From: an uncultured Gemmatimonadaceae bacterium
Lineage (GTDB): Bacteria; Gemmatimonadota; Gemmatimonadetes; Gemmatimonadales; Gemmatimonadaceae
Assembly (NCBI GenBank): GCA_963740355.1
Contig: CAVUDW010000002.1
Location: 2,240,001-2,304,000, forward strand
Direction of reading: 5' to 3'
DNA: 64,000 nt
Position numbers and translations under genes: made by a program. Positions within the stretch are counted from its first letter, which is position 1; the number at the start of each line of letters is the position of its first letter. The notes beneath the pieces are model-generated. The model was not told the origin of the DNA. It did not search any database and was given only the letters and a program-made list of their open reading frames with translations. Shown here piece by piece: positions 1 to 10,267 of this stretch.

Positions 1-1557
1 CAGTTCGGCAGCATCTTCTACTGGAACAACAACAACGACGTCCCGCCGCGCCCCGAACAAGCCGAAATCGGCGTCGCGCGCAAGCGACTCCTGCAGGCCC
101 TCTCCGAGGCCGCGCTCGCCGCGCCGACGGATGACTGGGTCGCCGGCCAGCGCGTCAAGTATTCGATCGAGGCCAAGGATTTCGCTGGCGCCAATGCCGT
201 CATCAGCGACTGCAAGGCCACCACCTGGTGGTGCGCTGCGCTCACGGGTCTGGTGCGCCATACGCAGAACGATGCGCCCGGCGCCGAGCGGGCCTTCAAC
301 AACGCGCTGTCCCAGATGCCTGAGGCACAGCGCTGCCAATGGCAGGACATTTCGCCGTGGCTCAAGAAGGCCGACAGTCTCGCCTATCTCGCCAAGAGCT
401 GCGCTGAGCGCATCGCCTACAACACGCGGGTGTTCTGGCTCGGAAAGCCGTTCGCGCACCTCGACGGCAACGACCTGCGGAACGAACTGCTGGCGCGGCG
501 TACGTACAACACCATCGAAACCAACACGGCGACCGTCTACGGCCCGTGGAAGCCGGAGTTCGGCGAGTCGCAGCTGCGCTATGGCTGGCCAGTGGCCTGG
601 TCGAAGCAGAACACCATCGTCAGCCGTCGCGGCGATATGGTGTCGAACACCATCGGCCACGAGCCGACGCCAAGCCACGATTTCATGCCGAGCGCCGCCG
701 CGTTGGCAAATCCGTTCACCGCCACCCCGGCTGACTATCCGCTCAATGCGCGCTATGCGCAGATGCGCTATGCGCCGCGCTATGCACCCGGCGGATTCCA
801 GGACCTCGGCGGACAGTTGGTGCGCTTCCGCCGCGGTGACTCGACGATGCTGGTTGGCGCCTACGTGCTCGATGGCAAGGCGCGCTACGAGCGCGGCAAG
901 ACCCGCGCGGCGCTGGTGCTGGAGCGCGGCCCCGAGGCGCGGATTTCGCGCATCGTGAAGGATGGCCAGCCGCTCCGCGGTGCTATCGCGGTGAACGCCG
1001 GCGTGATGCGCGACACGCTCCTCGGCAGCATCGAGATTCTCAGCGAAGCGCGAAAGTTCGCGGGACGCTATCGCACCGGCGTAGCGCCGATCGAACGCGA
1101 CGCGATGCTCTCCGACCTGTTGCTGCTGTCGGTGAAGGCGACAGACGCCAGTTCGGCTGGCCTCGCCGGTATCGCGACGCTGGAGTCGGTTCTGACGTCG
1201 GCGCTCGGCGGCACCGACATCGGGGATGGGCAGTCGTTCGGCGTCTTCTGGGAGTACTACGGCGGGCCAGGGGCGACCGTCACCATTTCGATCACACCGA
1301 TGGACACCGCCAGCGGTTTCCGACGACTCGGATCGCTCTTCCGCCTCGGTGGCGGTCCTGGCGGCGGTGCGTCGCTCCGCATTCCTGACCCCGCGCAGCC
1401 AGATGGTGGGCCTGGCCGTCGACTGACGCTGACGATGCCGGAAGTGAAGCCTGGACGCTATCGGCTCGCGGTCGAGGTGACGTCGCCGGGAGCTGCTCCG
1501 GCGCGCCGTGAGCTCGTGATCCGTGTGCCCGAAGGACCGCCGGCGGCCATGCGTTAG
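1..1557 (+). CDS. Hypothetical protein, 5'-partial, with a C-terminal beta/Ig-like region
   Basis: The frame of ORF 253..1557 is open back to base 1 (QFGSIFYWNNNNDVPPRPEQ...). Codons are GC3-rich. Contains 'QLRYGWP' and a C-terminal 'PGRYRLAVEV'. Confidence 0.75.
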   Translation, partial: QFGSIFYWNNNNDVPPRPEQAEIGVARKRLLQALSEAALAAPTDDWVAGQRVKYSIEAKDFAGANAVISDCKATTWWCAALTGLVRHTQNDAPGAERAFNNALSQMPEAQRCQWQDISPWLKKADSLAYLAKSCAERIAYNTRVFWLGKPFAHLDGNDLRNELLARRTYNTIETNTATVYGPWKPEFGESQLRYGWPVAWSKQNTIVSRRGDMVSNTIGHEPTPSHDFMPSAAALANPFTATPADYPLNARYAQMRYAPRYAPGGFQDLGGQLVRFRRGDSTMLVGAYVLDGKARYERGKTRAALVLERGPEARISRIVKDGQPLRGAIAVNAGVMRDTLLGSIEILSEARKFAGRYRTGVAPIERDAMLSDLLLLSVKATDASSAGLAGIATLESVLTSALGGTDIGDGQSFGVFWEYYGGPGATVTISITPMDTASGFRRLGSLFRLGGGPGGGASLRIPDPAQPDGGPGRRLTLTMPEVKPGRYRLAVEVTSPGAAPARRELVIRVPEGPPAAMR

Positions 1558-1672
1558 CGCCGGCGCGTCGCTCTATTCGGAGACGCGCACGATGTGAAGT
1601 GGATGGCGAACTAGACCGAAATGTCGGGTTTTCGACGACATCTGCGATTTAGTGAAGCCCCTCGTGCATCTA

Positions 1673-1701
1673 TTGACGTAACCTGTCCCGGCCGCCAGCT
1701 T
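1673..1701 (+). promoter_or_regulatory. Putative sigma70-type promoter of the TonB-dependent receptor
   Basis: TTGACG-17 bp-CAGCTT, the same layout as upstream of murA. Confidence 0.5.
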
Positions 1702-1811
1702 CGGCCCCACTGATACCCTTCGGATACAGTGGGCTGGCCGCTTCGACGCGTTACCATCGCGTGCACGCTCGGAGTGAACCGGCTCGCCTCAACCACACCA
1801 CGAGGTGCTGA

Positions 1812-4754
1812 GTGCTGCGTTTCTCCGTTCGCCGTCTCCTGCCGGTTGTCGCGAGCGTGTTGTTCGCCGCGACCGCCGCAGCGCAGAGCGGCTCGCTCAC
1901 TGGTCGCGTCACGACCAAGGACGCTGGCCGTCCCCTCGACAATGCGCGGATTACTCTCTCTGACGGTGCGCGCACAATCGGTGCTGCGACCAGTGGGGAA
2001 ACCGGCGTCTATGCAATCCCGAATGTCGCGGCCGGCACATACACAGCCACCATCAGCCGCATCGGCTACCAGCTGCAGCGATTCCCGGGCATCACCATTC
2101 GCAGCGGTCAGCCCACCACACTGAATGCGTCGCTCGACGAAATCCCGACGCAGCTCAATGCCGTGGTCACCACGGCGTCGCGCAAGCCAGAAAAGGCGCT
2201 CGACGCACCAGCCTCGCTCTCCGTCGTCACCAGCGAGACCATCGAGCGCAAGCCATCGATCAGCGTCGCCGACCTCGTCAAGGGGCAGCCGGGTATCGAC
2301 GTCTCGAGCGGCGGTATCGCGCAGTCGATGATCGTGGCTCGCGGCTTCAACAACGCCTTCAGCGGTTCGCTGCTGATGCTGCAGGACTATCGCTTCGCCG
2401 GCGTGCCGTCGCTGCGCGTCAACGTGCCGTACCTCTCGCTCGGCCAGTCCGAAGACATCGAGCGCGTGGAATTGCTCCTCGGTCCAGCCTCGGCGCTCTA
2501 CGGCCCGAACTCCGGTGCCGGTGTGCTGCACGTGATCACCAAGTCGCCGTTCTCTTCACAGGGCACGACCCTGTCGGTGCAGGGCGGCCAGCAGAGCATC
2601 TTCCGCGGTGCCATTCGTCACGCGGGCACCGTCGGCAAGCGCTTCGGCTACAAGCTGAGCGGCGAGTACATGAGCGGCGACGACTTCAAGTACGACGATC
2701 CGGGTGAGCCGGACTCGATCTCGCGCCCGCTGACGCCTGGTGGCACTCGTCAGCGCGTATTGAACCAGCGTGACTTCGCCTTCGAGCGCTTGAATGGCGA
2801 GGCGCGCATGGACATCCGCCCGACCGATAACTCCGAGCTCATCACCACCGTCAGCATGACCAAGGTGCCGACGGCGATCGAGCTCACTGGTGCCAACGGT
2901 GCCTCCCAAATTCGCAACTGGAGCTACCAGAACTTCCAGCAGCGCATTCGTGTCGGCCGCCTGTTCATTCAGGGCTTCGCCAACATCAGCAACGCCGGCA
3001 ACGAAAACTCCAGCGACTCGCGCGGAACCTTCCTGCTCCGCAACGGACAGCCGATCGTCGACAAGTCGCGCGTGTACACTGGCCAGATCCAGCACGGCTT
3101 CGGTCTCAACAAGGGCCGCACCGACTTCATCTACGGTGTGGACTACATCAAGACCAATCCGCAGACCGGCAACACGATCAACGGCAACAACGAAGCGGTG
3201 GACAACGTCACGGAGTACGGCGGCTACATCCAGGGCAAGACGGCCCTCAGCAGCCGCTGGGACTTCCTTGCCGCACTCCGCGTCGACAAGAACAACGTGA
3301 TCGATGGCCAGTTCGTGTCGCCGCGTGCCGCACTCACGTTCAAGGCCGCCGAGAACCAGTCGCTGCGCTTCACGTTCAATCGCTCGTTCAACACGCCGGC
3401 CAACTTCTCGTTCTTCCTCGACCTGCCGTCGGTGGTCGACGCCGCCGGTTTCCGCCGCAATGCATCGCTGACGCCGTTCAACTTGCCGACGTATGACGTC
3501 ATCGCGACGGGTAACCGTCCGAAGGTCGGCATGGGCTTTGACCGCAGCTGCACGGGCACCAGTGGGTTCGGCAGCTTCTGCATGCGCTCACCATTCATCA
3601 ACAACGGCGGCACGGTCGTTCCGGCCAGCGCTGCCACTGCACTCCCGGCATTCGTCGCCTTCCGCCAGCCGGTCTTCACCGGTGCGCTGGCACAGGGGTA
3701 TGCTCCTGCGTTCTCCGGATTCGGCGCCGCTGGTGCCGTCATCGCACAGGGCCTTGCCAACGCCGTCGTGTCGCGCCTCGCCGCGTCGACGCCGACCAAC
3801 GCGCAGATCCCGACGGTCGGTCGTCTTGGTAGCTCGCTCATCTCGGATGTCGCGGTCACCGACCTGCCACCGCTCAACGCCTCCTTCGACAACACCTTCG
3901 AAGTCGGCTACAAGGGCCTCGGCATGAACGGCAAGCTGTCGTTCGACTTCAGCGCCTGGGCACAGCAGCGTGGTGGTGGCGCCATCACGGCCTCGCTGGT
4001 CACGCCGTGGATCTTCGCCAGCCCGGCGCAGACCGGTGCGTTCGTCGGCGCGCAGGCCGGTGCCGCAATGCAGGCCTACGTCACCGCCGAAGTCCAGGCT
4101 GGTCGTCTCACGCCTGCACAGGGTGCCGCGATCGGCGCGCAGATTCCTGCCCTTGCCGGCGGTGCGGCCACCAGCCTCACGCCGTTGCTCGCCGGAATTC
4201 CGCTCGGAACGGTTGGATTCGACGATCCCATCAACACCAACTACAACCTGCGCGCCACCTATCGCCGCGTCGATACGAAGATCAACGTCTGGGGCTCTGA
4301 CCTTGGCCTCTCGTACCAGTTCACGCAGGACTTCGCGATGGACGTGACGGCCAGCGTCGTCAACCGCGTGGTGTTCGACGAACTGCAAGTCGGTACGTCG
4401 CCACTGGCACTCAACGCACCAGGCGCCAAGACCACCCTCACGGCGCGCTACCTTGGCCAGGAAACCGGCTTCGGGCTGGAAGGTCGCTGGCGCTACACCG
4501 ATGCGTTCCCCGTGAACTCCGGTGTGTACGAGAGCGGCGTGCTCAACCCGAGCAACGCTGGTCCGTTCACCTACGCCCCGGTCGCCGTCAGCAATCAGTT
4601 CGACGTGCAGGTGTCCAAGCGCTTTGCCAGCATCGGCAAGGGAGTCGTCTGGAGCCTGAACGTGCAGAATGTGTTCGATAACAAGGTGGCCACCTTCGTC
4701 GGCGTCCCGGCGCTCGGTCGGTTGGCGCTCACCAAGCTGTCGTATACGTTCTGA
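1812..4754 (+). CDS. TonB-dependent outer-membrane receptor with N-terminal carboxypeptidase-regulatory-like domain
   Basis: Signal peptide, 'VVTTASR' TonB-box-like segment, plug motif 'IERVELLLGPASALYG', C-terminal 'LSYTF'. GAGGTG RBS precedes the GTG. Confidence 0.95.
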   Translation: MLRFSVRRLLPVVASVLFAATAAAQSGSLTGRVTTKDAGRPLDNARITLSDGARTIGAATSGETGVYAIPNVAAGTYTATISRIGYQLQRFPGITIRSGQPTTLNASLDEIPTQLNAVVTTASRKPEKALDAPASLSVVTSETIERKPSISVADLVKGQPGIDVSSGGIAQSMIVARGFNNAFSGSLLMLQDYRFAGVPSLRVNVPYLSLGQSEDIERVELLLGPASALYGPNSGAGVLHVITKSPFSSQGTTLSVQGGQQSIFRGAIRHAGTVGKRFGYKLSGEYMSGDDFKYDDPGEPDSISRPLTPGGTRQRVLNQRDFAFERLNGEARMDIRPTDNSELITTVSMTKVPTAIELTGANGASQIRNWSYQNFQQRIRVGRLFIQGFANISNAGNENSSDSRGTFLLRNGQPIVDKSRVYTGQIQHGFGLNKGRTDFIYGVDYIKTNPQTGNTINGNNEAVDNVTEYGGYIQGKTALSSRWDFLAALRVDKNNVIDGQFVSPRAALTFKAAENQSLRFTFNRSFNTPANFSFFLDLPSVVDAAGFRRNASLTPFNLPTYDVIATGNRPKVGMGFDRSCTGTSGFGSFCMRSPFINNGGTVVPASAATALPAFVAFRQPVFTGALAQGYAPAFSGFGAAGAVIAQGLANAVVSRLAASTPTNAQIPTVGRLGSSLISDVAVTDLPPLNASFDNTFEVGYKGLGMNGKLSFDFSAWAQQRGGGAITASLVTPWIFASPAQTGAFVGAQAGAAMQAYVTAEVQAGRLTPAQGAAIGAQIPALAGGAATSLTPLLAGIPLGTVGFDDPINTNYNLRATYRRVDTKINVWGSDLGLSYQFTQDFAMDVTASVVNRVVFDELQVGTSPLALNAPGAKTTLTARYLGQETGFGLEGRWRYTDAFPVNSGVYESGVLNPSNAGPFTYAPVAVSNQFDVQVSKRFASIGKGVVWSLNVQNVFDNKVATFVGVPALGRLALTKLSYTF

Positions 4755-4774
4755 TTGCTCCTGCGGCAGGGCGC

Positions 4775-4808
4775 ACGGGGCGGCTCGCAGCATGCGAGCC
4801 GCCCCGTT
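4775..4808 (+). terminator. 15-bp perfect hairpin after the receptor (terminator or stabilising stem)
   Basis: ACGGGGCGGCTCGCA-GCA-TGCGAGCCGCCCCGT; weak U-tail. Confidence 0.65.
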
Positions 4809-4838
4809 GCGCACCACCTCTTTCGGGTCGTGCCTTCG

Positions 4839-5609
4839 ATGTCGCTGATCCTCCACCCAGGATCACCGTTGGTGATTGGTCACCGTGGGGCTGCCGCCGT
4901 GCGGCCGGAAAACACGTTGCCCTCATTCCAGCACGCACTCGACCTCGGCGTAGATGCCGTCGAATTCGATGTGCGCGTGACGGGCGATGGCGTGGCGGTG
5001 GTGCACCACGATCCCACCACGTTGCGCACCTGTGGTGAACTGGTGCTGGTGGAACAGGCGAGCATCGGCAGGCTGCGAAAGCTCGATGCCGCTGCGACCT
5101 TCGAGGGCGACTTCCGTTCGCCCCGCCGCGTCACGATCCCACTGCTCGATGAAGTGCTCGAACTCACCAAGTCCGTGCCGGTGATCATCGAGTGCAAGAC
5201 GGTTGATGCGGCACCGCTGGTCATCCAGGCGTTGCGGGCACATCGTGCGACCGATCGCGCGTTGGTGGGGAGTTTCCTGCACGGCGCGATGCGGATCACC
5301 CGCGCCGCATCGTTGCCGAGCGGCGCCTCGCGACGCGACATGATCGCGTTGCTGCTGCGCGGTGCCATTCGATGGGCCCCGCGCCGTCTCCCGTATGCGG
5401 CCATGTGCCTACCCGAGGCATCCTCCGGGATCACGCTGCCACTGGCACGCTTCGCTCGATGGGGCGCGGCCATTGGGGTGCCCGTGCACGTCTGGACGGT
5501 GAACTCGGCGGACGACGCCAACCGCCTCTGGGATGCAGGTATCACTGGCATGATTTCCGACGACCCTGCCACGATCCTTGCGGCGCGAGCCGCACGCGTC
5601 ATGCGGTGA
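4839..5609 (+). CDS. Glycerophosphodiester phosphodiesterase family protein (cytoplasmic UgpQ type)
   Basis: 'IGHRG...PENT', 'VEFDV', 'VHHD', 'VWTVN', 'ISDDP'. Start chosen at ATG 4839. Confidence 0.92.
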   Translation: MSLILHPGSPLVIGHRGAAAVRPENTLPSFQHALDLGVDAVEFDVRVTGDGVAVVHHDPTTLRTCGELVLVEQASIGRLRKLDAAATFEGDFRSPRRVTIPLLDEVLELTKSVPVIIECKTVDAAPLVIQALRAHRATDRALVGSFLHGAMRITRAASLPSGASRRDMIALLLRGAIRWAPRRLPYAAMCLPEASSGITLPLARFARWGAAIGVPVHVWTVNSADDANRLWDAGITGMISDDPATILAARAARVMR

Positions 5610-5680
5610 GCATGCGTCGGCAGGCACGCAGGGCGCGCCTGACTTCAGTTCCGGACCGGCATGCGGCATATTGCCAGCCG

Positions 5681-6232
5681 ATGACATTACCACAGACGAT
5701 CCTCGACGCACGGGCCTGCGAGCGCACCCTGCGCCGGATGGCGGACGAAATTGTCGAGCGAACCGCCGGCACAGAGTCGCTCGTTCTGGTTGGCATTCAG
5801 CGCCGCGGCGTTCAGCTGGCCGCCCGGTTGGCGTCACTGATCGAGGAGCGGGAAGGGAAGCCGGTCCCGCGTGGTGCGCTCGACATCACGCTCTATCGCG
5901 ACGACCTGCAGACGGTCGGCCCGCGACCGCTGGTCGGCGCGACCGAGCTGCCCGTCGACATCGATGACAAGCAGGTCGTGATCGTTGACGATGTGCTCTA
6001 CACCGGTCGCACGGTGCGCGCAGCGCTCGACGAGTTGGCTGACTTCGGCCGCCCAGCGCGTATCCTGTTGGCGGTCCTGATCGATCGCGGTGGGCAGGAA
6101 CTCCCGATCCGCGCCGATGTCATCGGCAAGGTCGTGACGGTACCAGCCGGCTCCCAGGTCGATGTGCGGGTGGCGGAACTCGACGGTGACGACACCGTCG
6201 TCGTCAGTGACGCGAGGTCGCGCGGCGCATGA
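5681..6232 (+). CDS. pyrR: Bifunctional pyrimidine regulator / uracil phosphoribosyltransferase
   Basis: '[10 protein letters not shown]', '[14 protein letters not shown]', 'DRG..ELPIRAD'; upstream of pyrB. Confidence 0.95.
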   Translation: MTLPQTILDARACERTLRRMADEIVERTAGTESLVLVGIQRRGVQLAARLASLIEEREGKPVPRGALDITLYRDDLQTVGPRPLVGATELPVDIDDKQVVIVDDVLYTGRTVRAALDELADFGRPARILLAVLIDRGGQELPIRADVIGKVVTVPAGSQVDVRVAELDGDDTVVVSDARSRGA

Positions 6233-7191
6233 CGGGACTCGGCAAGGATCTGCTGGACCTCGAGTCGCTGAGTGCCGACCAGATCACTGCCATTCTCGAC
6301 ACCGCTGAACCGCTCAAGGCCATCAGCCTGCGCGCGATCAAGAAGGTGCCGACGATGCGTGGTGCAACGATCGTCAACCTCTTCTTCGAAGCGTCGACGC
6401 GCACTCGCGTGAGCTTCGAGTTCGCCGAGAAGCGCATGTCGGCCGACGCGGTCAACGTGGCGATCGGGAACTCGTCGGTGAGCAAGGGCGAGACGCTGGT
6501 GGACACGGCGCGCAATCTCGAGGCGATGAAGATCGACATGGTCGTCATCCGCCATCAGGCGAGTGGCGCGGCGCGATTCCTCGCCGAGCGCATCGAGTCG
6601 AACGTCATCAACGCCGGCGATGGCACACATGAGCACCCCACGCAGGGCTTGCTCGACCTGCTCACGCTGCGCGACAAGTGGGGCTCGCTGGCAGGCAAGC
6701 GCGTCTGCCTCTGCGGCGACGTACTGCACAGCCGCGTCGCGCGATCGAACATCCATGGGCTGCGGAAGCTCGGTGCGGAAGTGGCCGTGTGTGGCCCGCG
6801 ATCGTTGTTGCCGAATGGTGCCGAGGAGGCGCTCGGCGTGACGGTGTTCGATCGGATCGAGGCCGCGATCGAGTGGGCTGATGCGCTCAACATCCTGCGG
6901 CTCCAGCTGGAGCGCATGACGGCTGGGTACATCCCGTCCTTGCGCGAATACAACCGCGTGTTCGGTGTCACGCGCGACCGGCTCGAGCGCGCACCACGCG
7001 ACCTGTTGATCCTGCACCCTGGTCCGATGAATCGCGGGGTCGAGATCGATTCCGATGTCGCCGACGGCCCGCACAGCCTGATCCTCGATCAGGTGACGAA
7101 CGGCGTCGCGATCCGCATGGCGGTGCTCTACCTGTTGCGTGGCGGACGACCCGATCTCGCGGCGGCTGGTTCCGCCGCGGGCAACGAGTGA
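6229..7191 (+). CDS. pyrB: Aspartate carbamoyltransferase catalytic subunit
   Basis: '[12 protein letters not shown]', '[13 protein letters not shown]', 'HPGPMNRG'. Confidence 0.97.
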   Translation: MTGLGKDLLDLESLSADQITAILDTAEPLKAISLRAIKKVPTMRGATIVNLFFEASTRTRVSFEFAEKRMSADAVNVAIGNSSVSKGETLVDTARNLEAMKIDMVVIRHQASGAARFLAERIESNVINAGDGTHEHPTQGLLDLLTLRDKWGSLAGKRVCLCGDVLHSRVARSNIHGLRKLGAEVAVCGPRSLLPNGAEEALGVTVFDRIEAAIEWADALNILRLQLERMTAGYIPSLREYNRVFGVTRDRLERAPRDLLILHPGPMNRGVEIDSDVADGPHSLILDQVTNGVAIRMAVLYLLRGGRPDLAAAGSAAGNE

Positions 7192-7234
7192 TGCACCGCC
7201 GTCGCCGCACCCTTCTTCTACACTCTACAACCGA

Positions 7235-8533
7235 ATGACGATGCGCCCACTGCTGCTGACTGGCGGCCACCTCCTCGATCCCTCGATCGGACTCGATGGT
7301 ATCGGTGACTTGCTGCTGGTGGACGGTACCGTCGCATCAGTCGGCGGAAACATTGCGGGCCCCGAGGACGCGGAACGAATCGACTGCGCCGGGCTGCATG
7401 TAACGCCTGGGTTCATCGATGTGCACTGCCACCTGCGCGAACCCGGCCGCGAAGACGTCGAGACGATCGCCACCGGTGCTCGTGCTGCAGCTGCGGGCGG
7501 ATTTACCGCCGTCTGCGCGATGCCGAATACCGATCCCGTCACCGACAACCAGGCTGCCGTCGGGTTCATCCGTGCTCAGGCCGCGAAGGCCAATGCGTCA
7601 CGGGTGTATCCGATCGGGTCGATTTCGGTTGGGATGAATGGGGTGCAGCTGAGCGAGATGGGTGAGATGGTGGCGGCTGGCGCGGTGGCTGTCAGTGACG
7701 ACGGCCGGCCGGTGGTCAGCGCGCAGCTCATGCGCACGGCGCTCGAATACGCGCGCACCTTCGGAATCCCGGTGGCCGATCACTGCGAAGAGCCGACGTT
7801 GGCGCATGGTGGCGTGATGAATGAAGGCGTCATCAGCGCACGACTCGGCCTCAAGGGGATTCCGTCGGAGAGTGAGGAGATCATGGTCATTCGTGACATC
7901 CTCCTCGCACGACGGACGGGCGGTCGGGTGCATCTCTGCCACATGAGCACATGGGGCAGTGTGGAGCTGATCCGGTGGGGCAAGGAGCGCGGGATTCCCG
8001 TGACCGCCGAAGTCTGTCCGCACCATCTCACGTTGACCGAAGAGCGTGTCGGGCAGTATGACACCAACGCGAAGATGAATCCGCCGTTGCGCACGCAGCG
8101 CGATGTTGATGCGCTGATCGCGGCGCTCAAGGATGGCACCATCGATTGTGTCGCGACTGATCACGCGCCGCATCACAACGACGAAAAGAATCGCGAGTTT
8201 TCCGATGCACCGAATGGCATCGTGGGCCTCGAGACGGCGCTCTCCGTGTTGATGACGTGGCTGGTGACGCCGGGAACCATTTCGTTGTCGCAGCTGGTCG
8301 AGAAGCTGTCGTGTGCCCCGGCGCGCGTGTTCGGCTTGCCGGGCGGAACGTTGCGCCGCGGTTCGATCGCGGACGTCACCGTCTTCGATCCCAGCGCGTC
8401 GTGGACCGTGAAGGGAAGCGACTTCCGCAGCAAGGGTCGCAACTCCCCGTGGCTTGGCAGCACACTCTCCGGTCGGGTGTCACGCTGCATCGTCGGCGGG
8501 CAGCAGGTGCACGTGCGCGACCTCACGGCATGA
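7235..8533 (+). CDS. pyrC: Dihydroorotase (multifunctional-complex type)
   Basis: 'DVHCHLREPG', 'KMNPPLR', 'ATDHAPH'. Confidence 0.95.
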   Translation: MTMRPLLLTGGHLLDPSIGLDGIGDLLLVDGTVASVGGNIAGPEDAERIDCAGLHVTPGFIDVHCHLREPGREDVETIATGARAAAAGGFTAVCAMPNTDPVTDNQAAVGFIRAQAAKANASRVYPIGSISVGMNGVQLSEMGEMVAAGAVAVSDDGRPVVSAQLMRTALEYARTFGIPVADHCEEPTLAHGGVMNEGVISARLGLKGIPSESEEIMVIRDILLARRTGGRVHLCHMSTWGSVELIRWGKERGIPVTAEVCPHHLTLTEERVGQYDTNAKMNPPLRTQRDVDALIAALKDGTIDCVATDHAPHHNDEKNREFSDAPNGIVGLETALSVLMTWLVTPGTISLSQLVEKLSCAPARVFGLPGGTLRRGSIADVTVFDPSASWTVKGSDFRSKGRNSPWLGSTLSGRVSRCIVGGQQVHVRDLTA

Positions 8534-8543
8534 TGCAACGCTG

Positions 8544-9251
8544 ATGGCGATCTCACCGCGTCCGGCGCGCCTGCAGGCGGCCTTTGCCATCCGTGAAGAG
8601 ATGGTGGAGGTCTGCCACGCGCTCGCGGCGCGGCAATTGATCGCCGGCCAGGACGGCAATGTCTCGATGCGCATTGGCGCCGATCGGTTGTTGGTGACAC
8701 CCGCGGGCTTTGCAAAAGGTTCGCTCGATCCGGATGACCTCGTTGAAGTCTCGTTGCGCGGCGAACCACTGGCTGGTCGCCATCGTGTCTCGAGCGAAAT
8801 CGGGTTGCACCTGGCTGCCTACGCTGCGCGAGCCGATGTCGGCGCGGTCGTGCACGCTCATCCGGTGACTGCCACGGCGTTCACGCTAGTCGGCGAAACG
8901 ATCCCGGATGGCGTCCTTGCCGAGCTCATGCTTACGGTCGGCCCGGTCGCTCTCGCGAAATACGCACAGCCTGGTACTGACGAGCTTGGCATGGTGGTAT
9001 CGCCGCTCTTTGCCGAGCACGATGTCGTCTTGCTCGCGCACCACGGCGCGGTGGCGCTGGGCCGGAGCCTGCGTGAGGCTCACTTCGCCATGGAGAGCCT
9101 CGAGCATGGTGCCCGCATGATCCATCTGGCGCGACAGGTCGGAAGGGTGGTTACGTTGGACTCTGCAGCGTGCGATGCGCTGCGCGCTGCCCGGCGAAGG
9201 GCGCGCACCGATGCGGCTGACGTTGCCGCTCTCAAGGAGACTACCGAATGA
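8544..9251 (+). CDS. Class II aldolase/adducin family protein (FucA/MtnB-like)
   Basis: 'DGNVS', 'SSEIGLH', 'VHAHP', 'HHG'. Confidence 0.9.
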   Translation: MAISPRPARLQAAFAIREEMVEVCHALAARQLIAGQDGNVSMRIGADRLLVTPAGFAKGSLDPDDLVEVSLRGEPLAGRHRVSSEIGLHLAAYAARADVGAVVHAHPVTATAFTLVGETIPDGVLAELMLTVGPVALAKYAQPGTDELGMVVSPLFAEHDVVLLAHHGAVALGRSLREAHFAMESLEHGARMIHLARQVGRVVTLDSAACDALRAARRRARTDAADVAALKETTE

Positions 9252-10177
9252 CTGACGTGACGAACGCTCTCGAAGCCGTCGGCGCGCTGATTGGCGAGCG
9301 CTCGAAGTACGAAGGATGGATCGCGGCGCTGGCTACAAAGAGCGACGTTCCATCACACGTGCTCGAGAAGGTGCGCGCGGACTATACCGGACGTTTGCGT
9401 GGTGTGTTGCAGGCGTTCACGGCGCACACGCCGTCGCTCGAAGCGGCGCTCGCGGAACACCAGGCGCGCGATTCGACGCTCGCAGCACAGGAAAAGTCCA
9501 CTCGCGACGAACACGCCGAAGGCGAGCTGCGTCACATGGTGGGCGAGTATGACAGTGAACAGTGGGACAAGGTGCGCATCAGTCATGAGGCATTGCTGTC
9601 GCGACTTTCCAGCGAACGGCAGGGCATCGCGGCGGAACTGACGAACGTGCAGCGCAGCCTCGCAGCTGCAGCCGAAGCGTCGCAGCGCCTCCGCGCGCTC
9701 GGTGGCGATACCGCCGCATCCCCAGCGCATGCGCGTGATGACTCGCCGACGCCCGCGATCCTGGCCGCAATGTCCGAGCCGATTGCGCCGCCGCCGGCCT
9801 TCATCGCACCGGAGCCAGCGCCGGCGCCAGCACTGTCGCCGAACACCTACCGCCCGACGCCGCCGTCGCCCCCGCAGGAACTGATGGATCGCCGCGCGCA
9901 GCTCGACGATCTCGGGTTTCTCCGCAGCGCGCCGCGTACTGCGCCGCGAGAGAATGGTGTCGATGTCCAAACCGCGCCGACGGCCACCGCCGCGCGCCCG
10001 GCCGACGCGCCGGTGCTCCGCATCGTGCCGGACGCGCCCGCACCGGTGCCGACGCCGTCGTCCTCCGGACAGACCGTGGACGCCGCCAAGACCCTGCGGT
10101 GTGCCGAGTGCGGCACCATGAACTACCCGACCGAGTGGTACTGCGAACGGTGCGGCGGAGAGCTCGCCGTCCTGTAG
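9248..10177 (+). CDS. Hypothetical protein: coiled-coil N-terminus, Pro/Ala linker, C-terminal Zn ribbon
   Basis: AAGGAG RBS and ATGA overlap; ends 'CAECGTMNYPTEWYCERCGGEL'. Confidence 0.85.
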   Translation: MTDVTNALEAVGALIGERSKYEGWIAALATKSDVPSHVLEKVRADYTGRLRGVLQAFTAHTPSLEAALAEHQARDSTLAAQEKSTRDEHAEGELRHMVGEYDSEQWDKVRISHEALLSRLSSERQGIAAELTNVQRSLAAAAEASQRLRALGGDTAASPAHARDDSPTPAILAAMSEPIAPPPAFIAPEPAPAPALSPNTYRPTPPSPPQELMDRRAQLDDLGFLRSAPRTAPRENGVDVQTAPTATAARPADAPVLRIVPDAPAPVPTPSSSGQTVDAAKTLRCAECGTMNYPTEWYCERCGGELAVL

Positions 10178-10200
10178 CCCGCCAGACTGTCCTGCAACGC

Positions 10201-10230
10201 AAACGGGCGAACCACTTGGTTCGCCCGTTT
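10201..10230. terminator. Bidirectional intrinsic terminator between convergent genes
   Basis: AAACGGGCGAACCA-CT-TGGTTCGCCCGTTT. Confidence 0.85.
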
Positions 10231-10267
10231 GTTTACTGCACCTTTTCAGGTCGAACTGCGACGCAGG

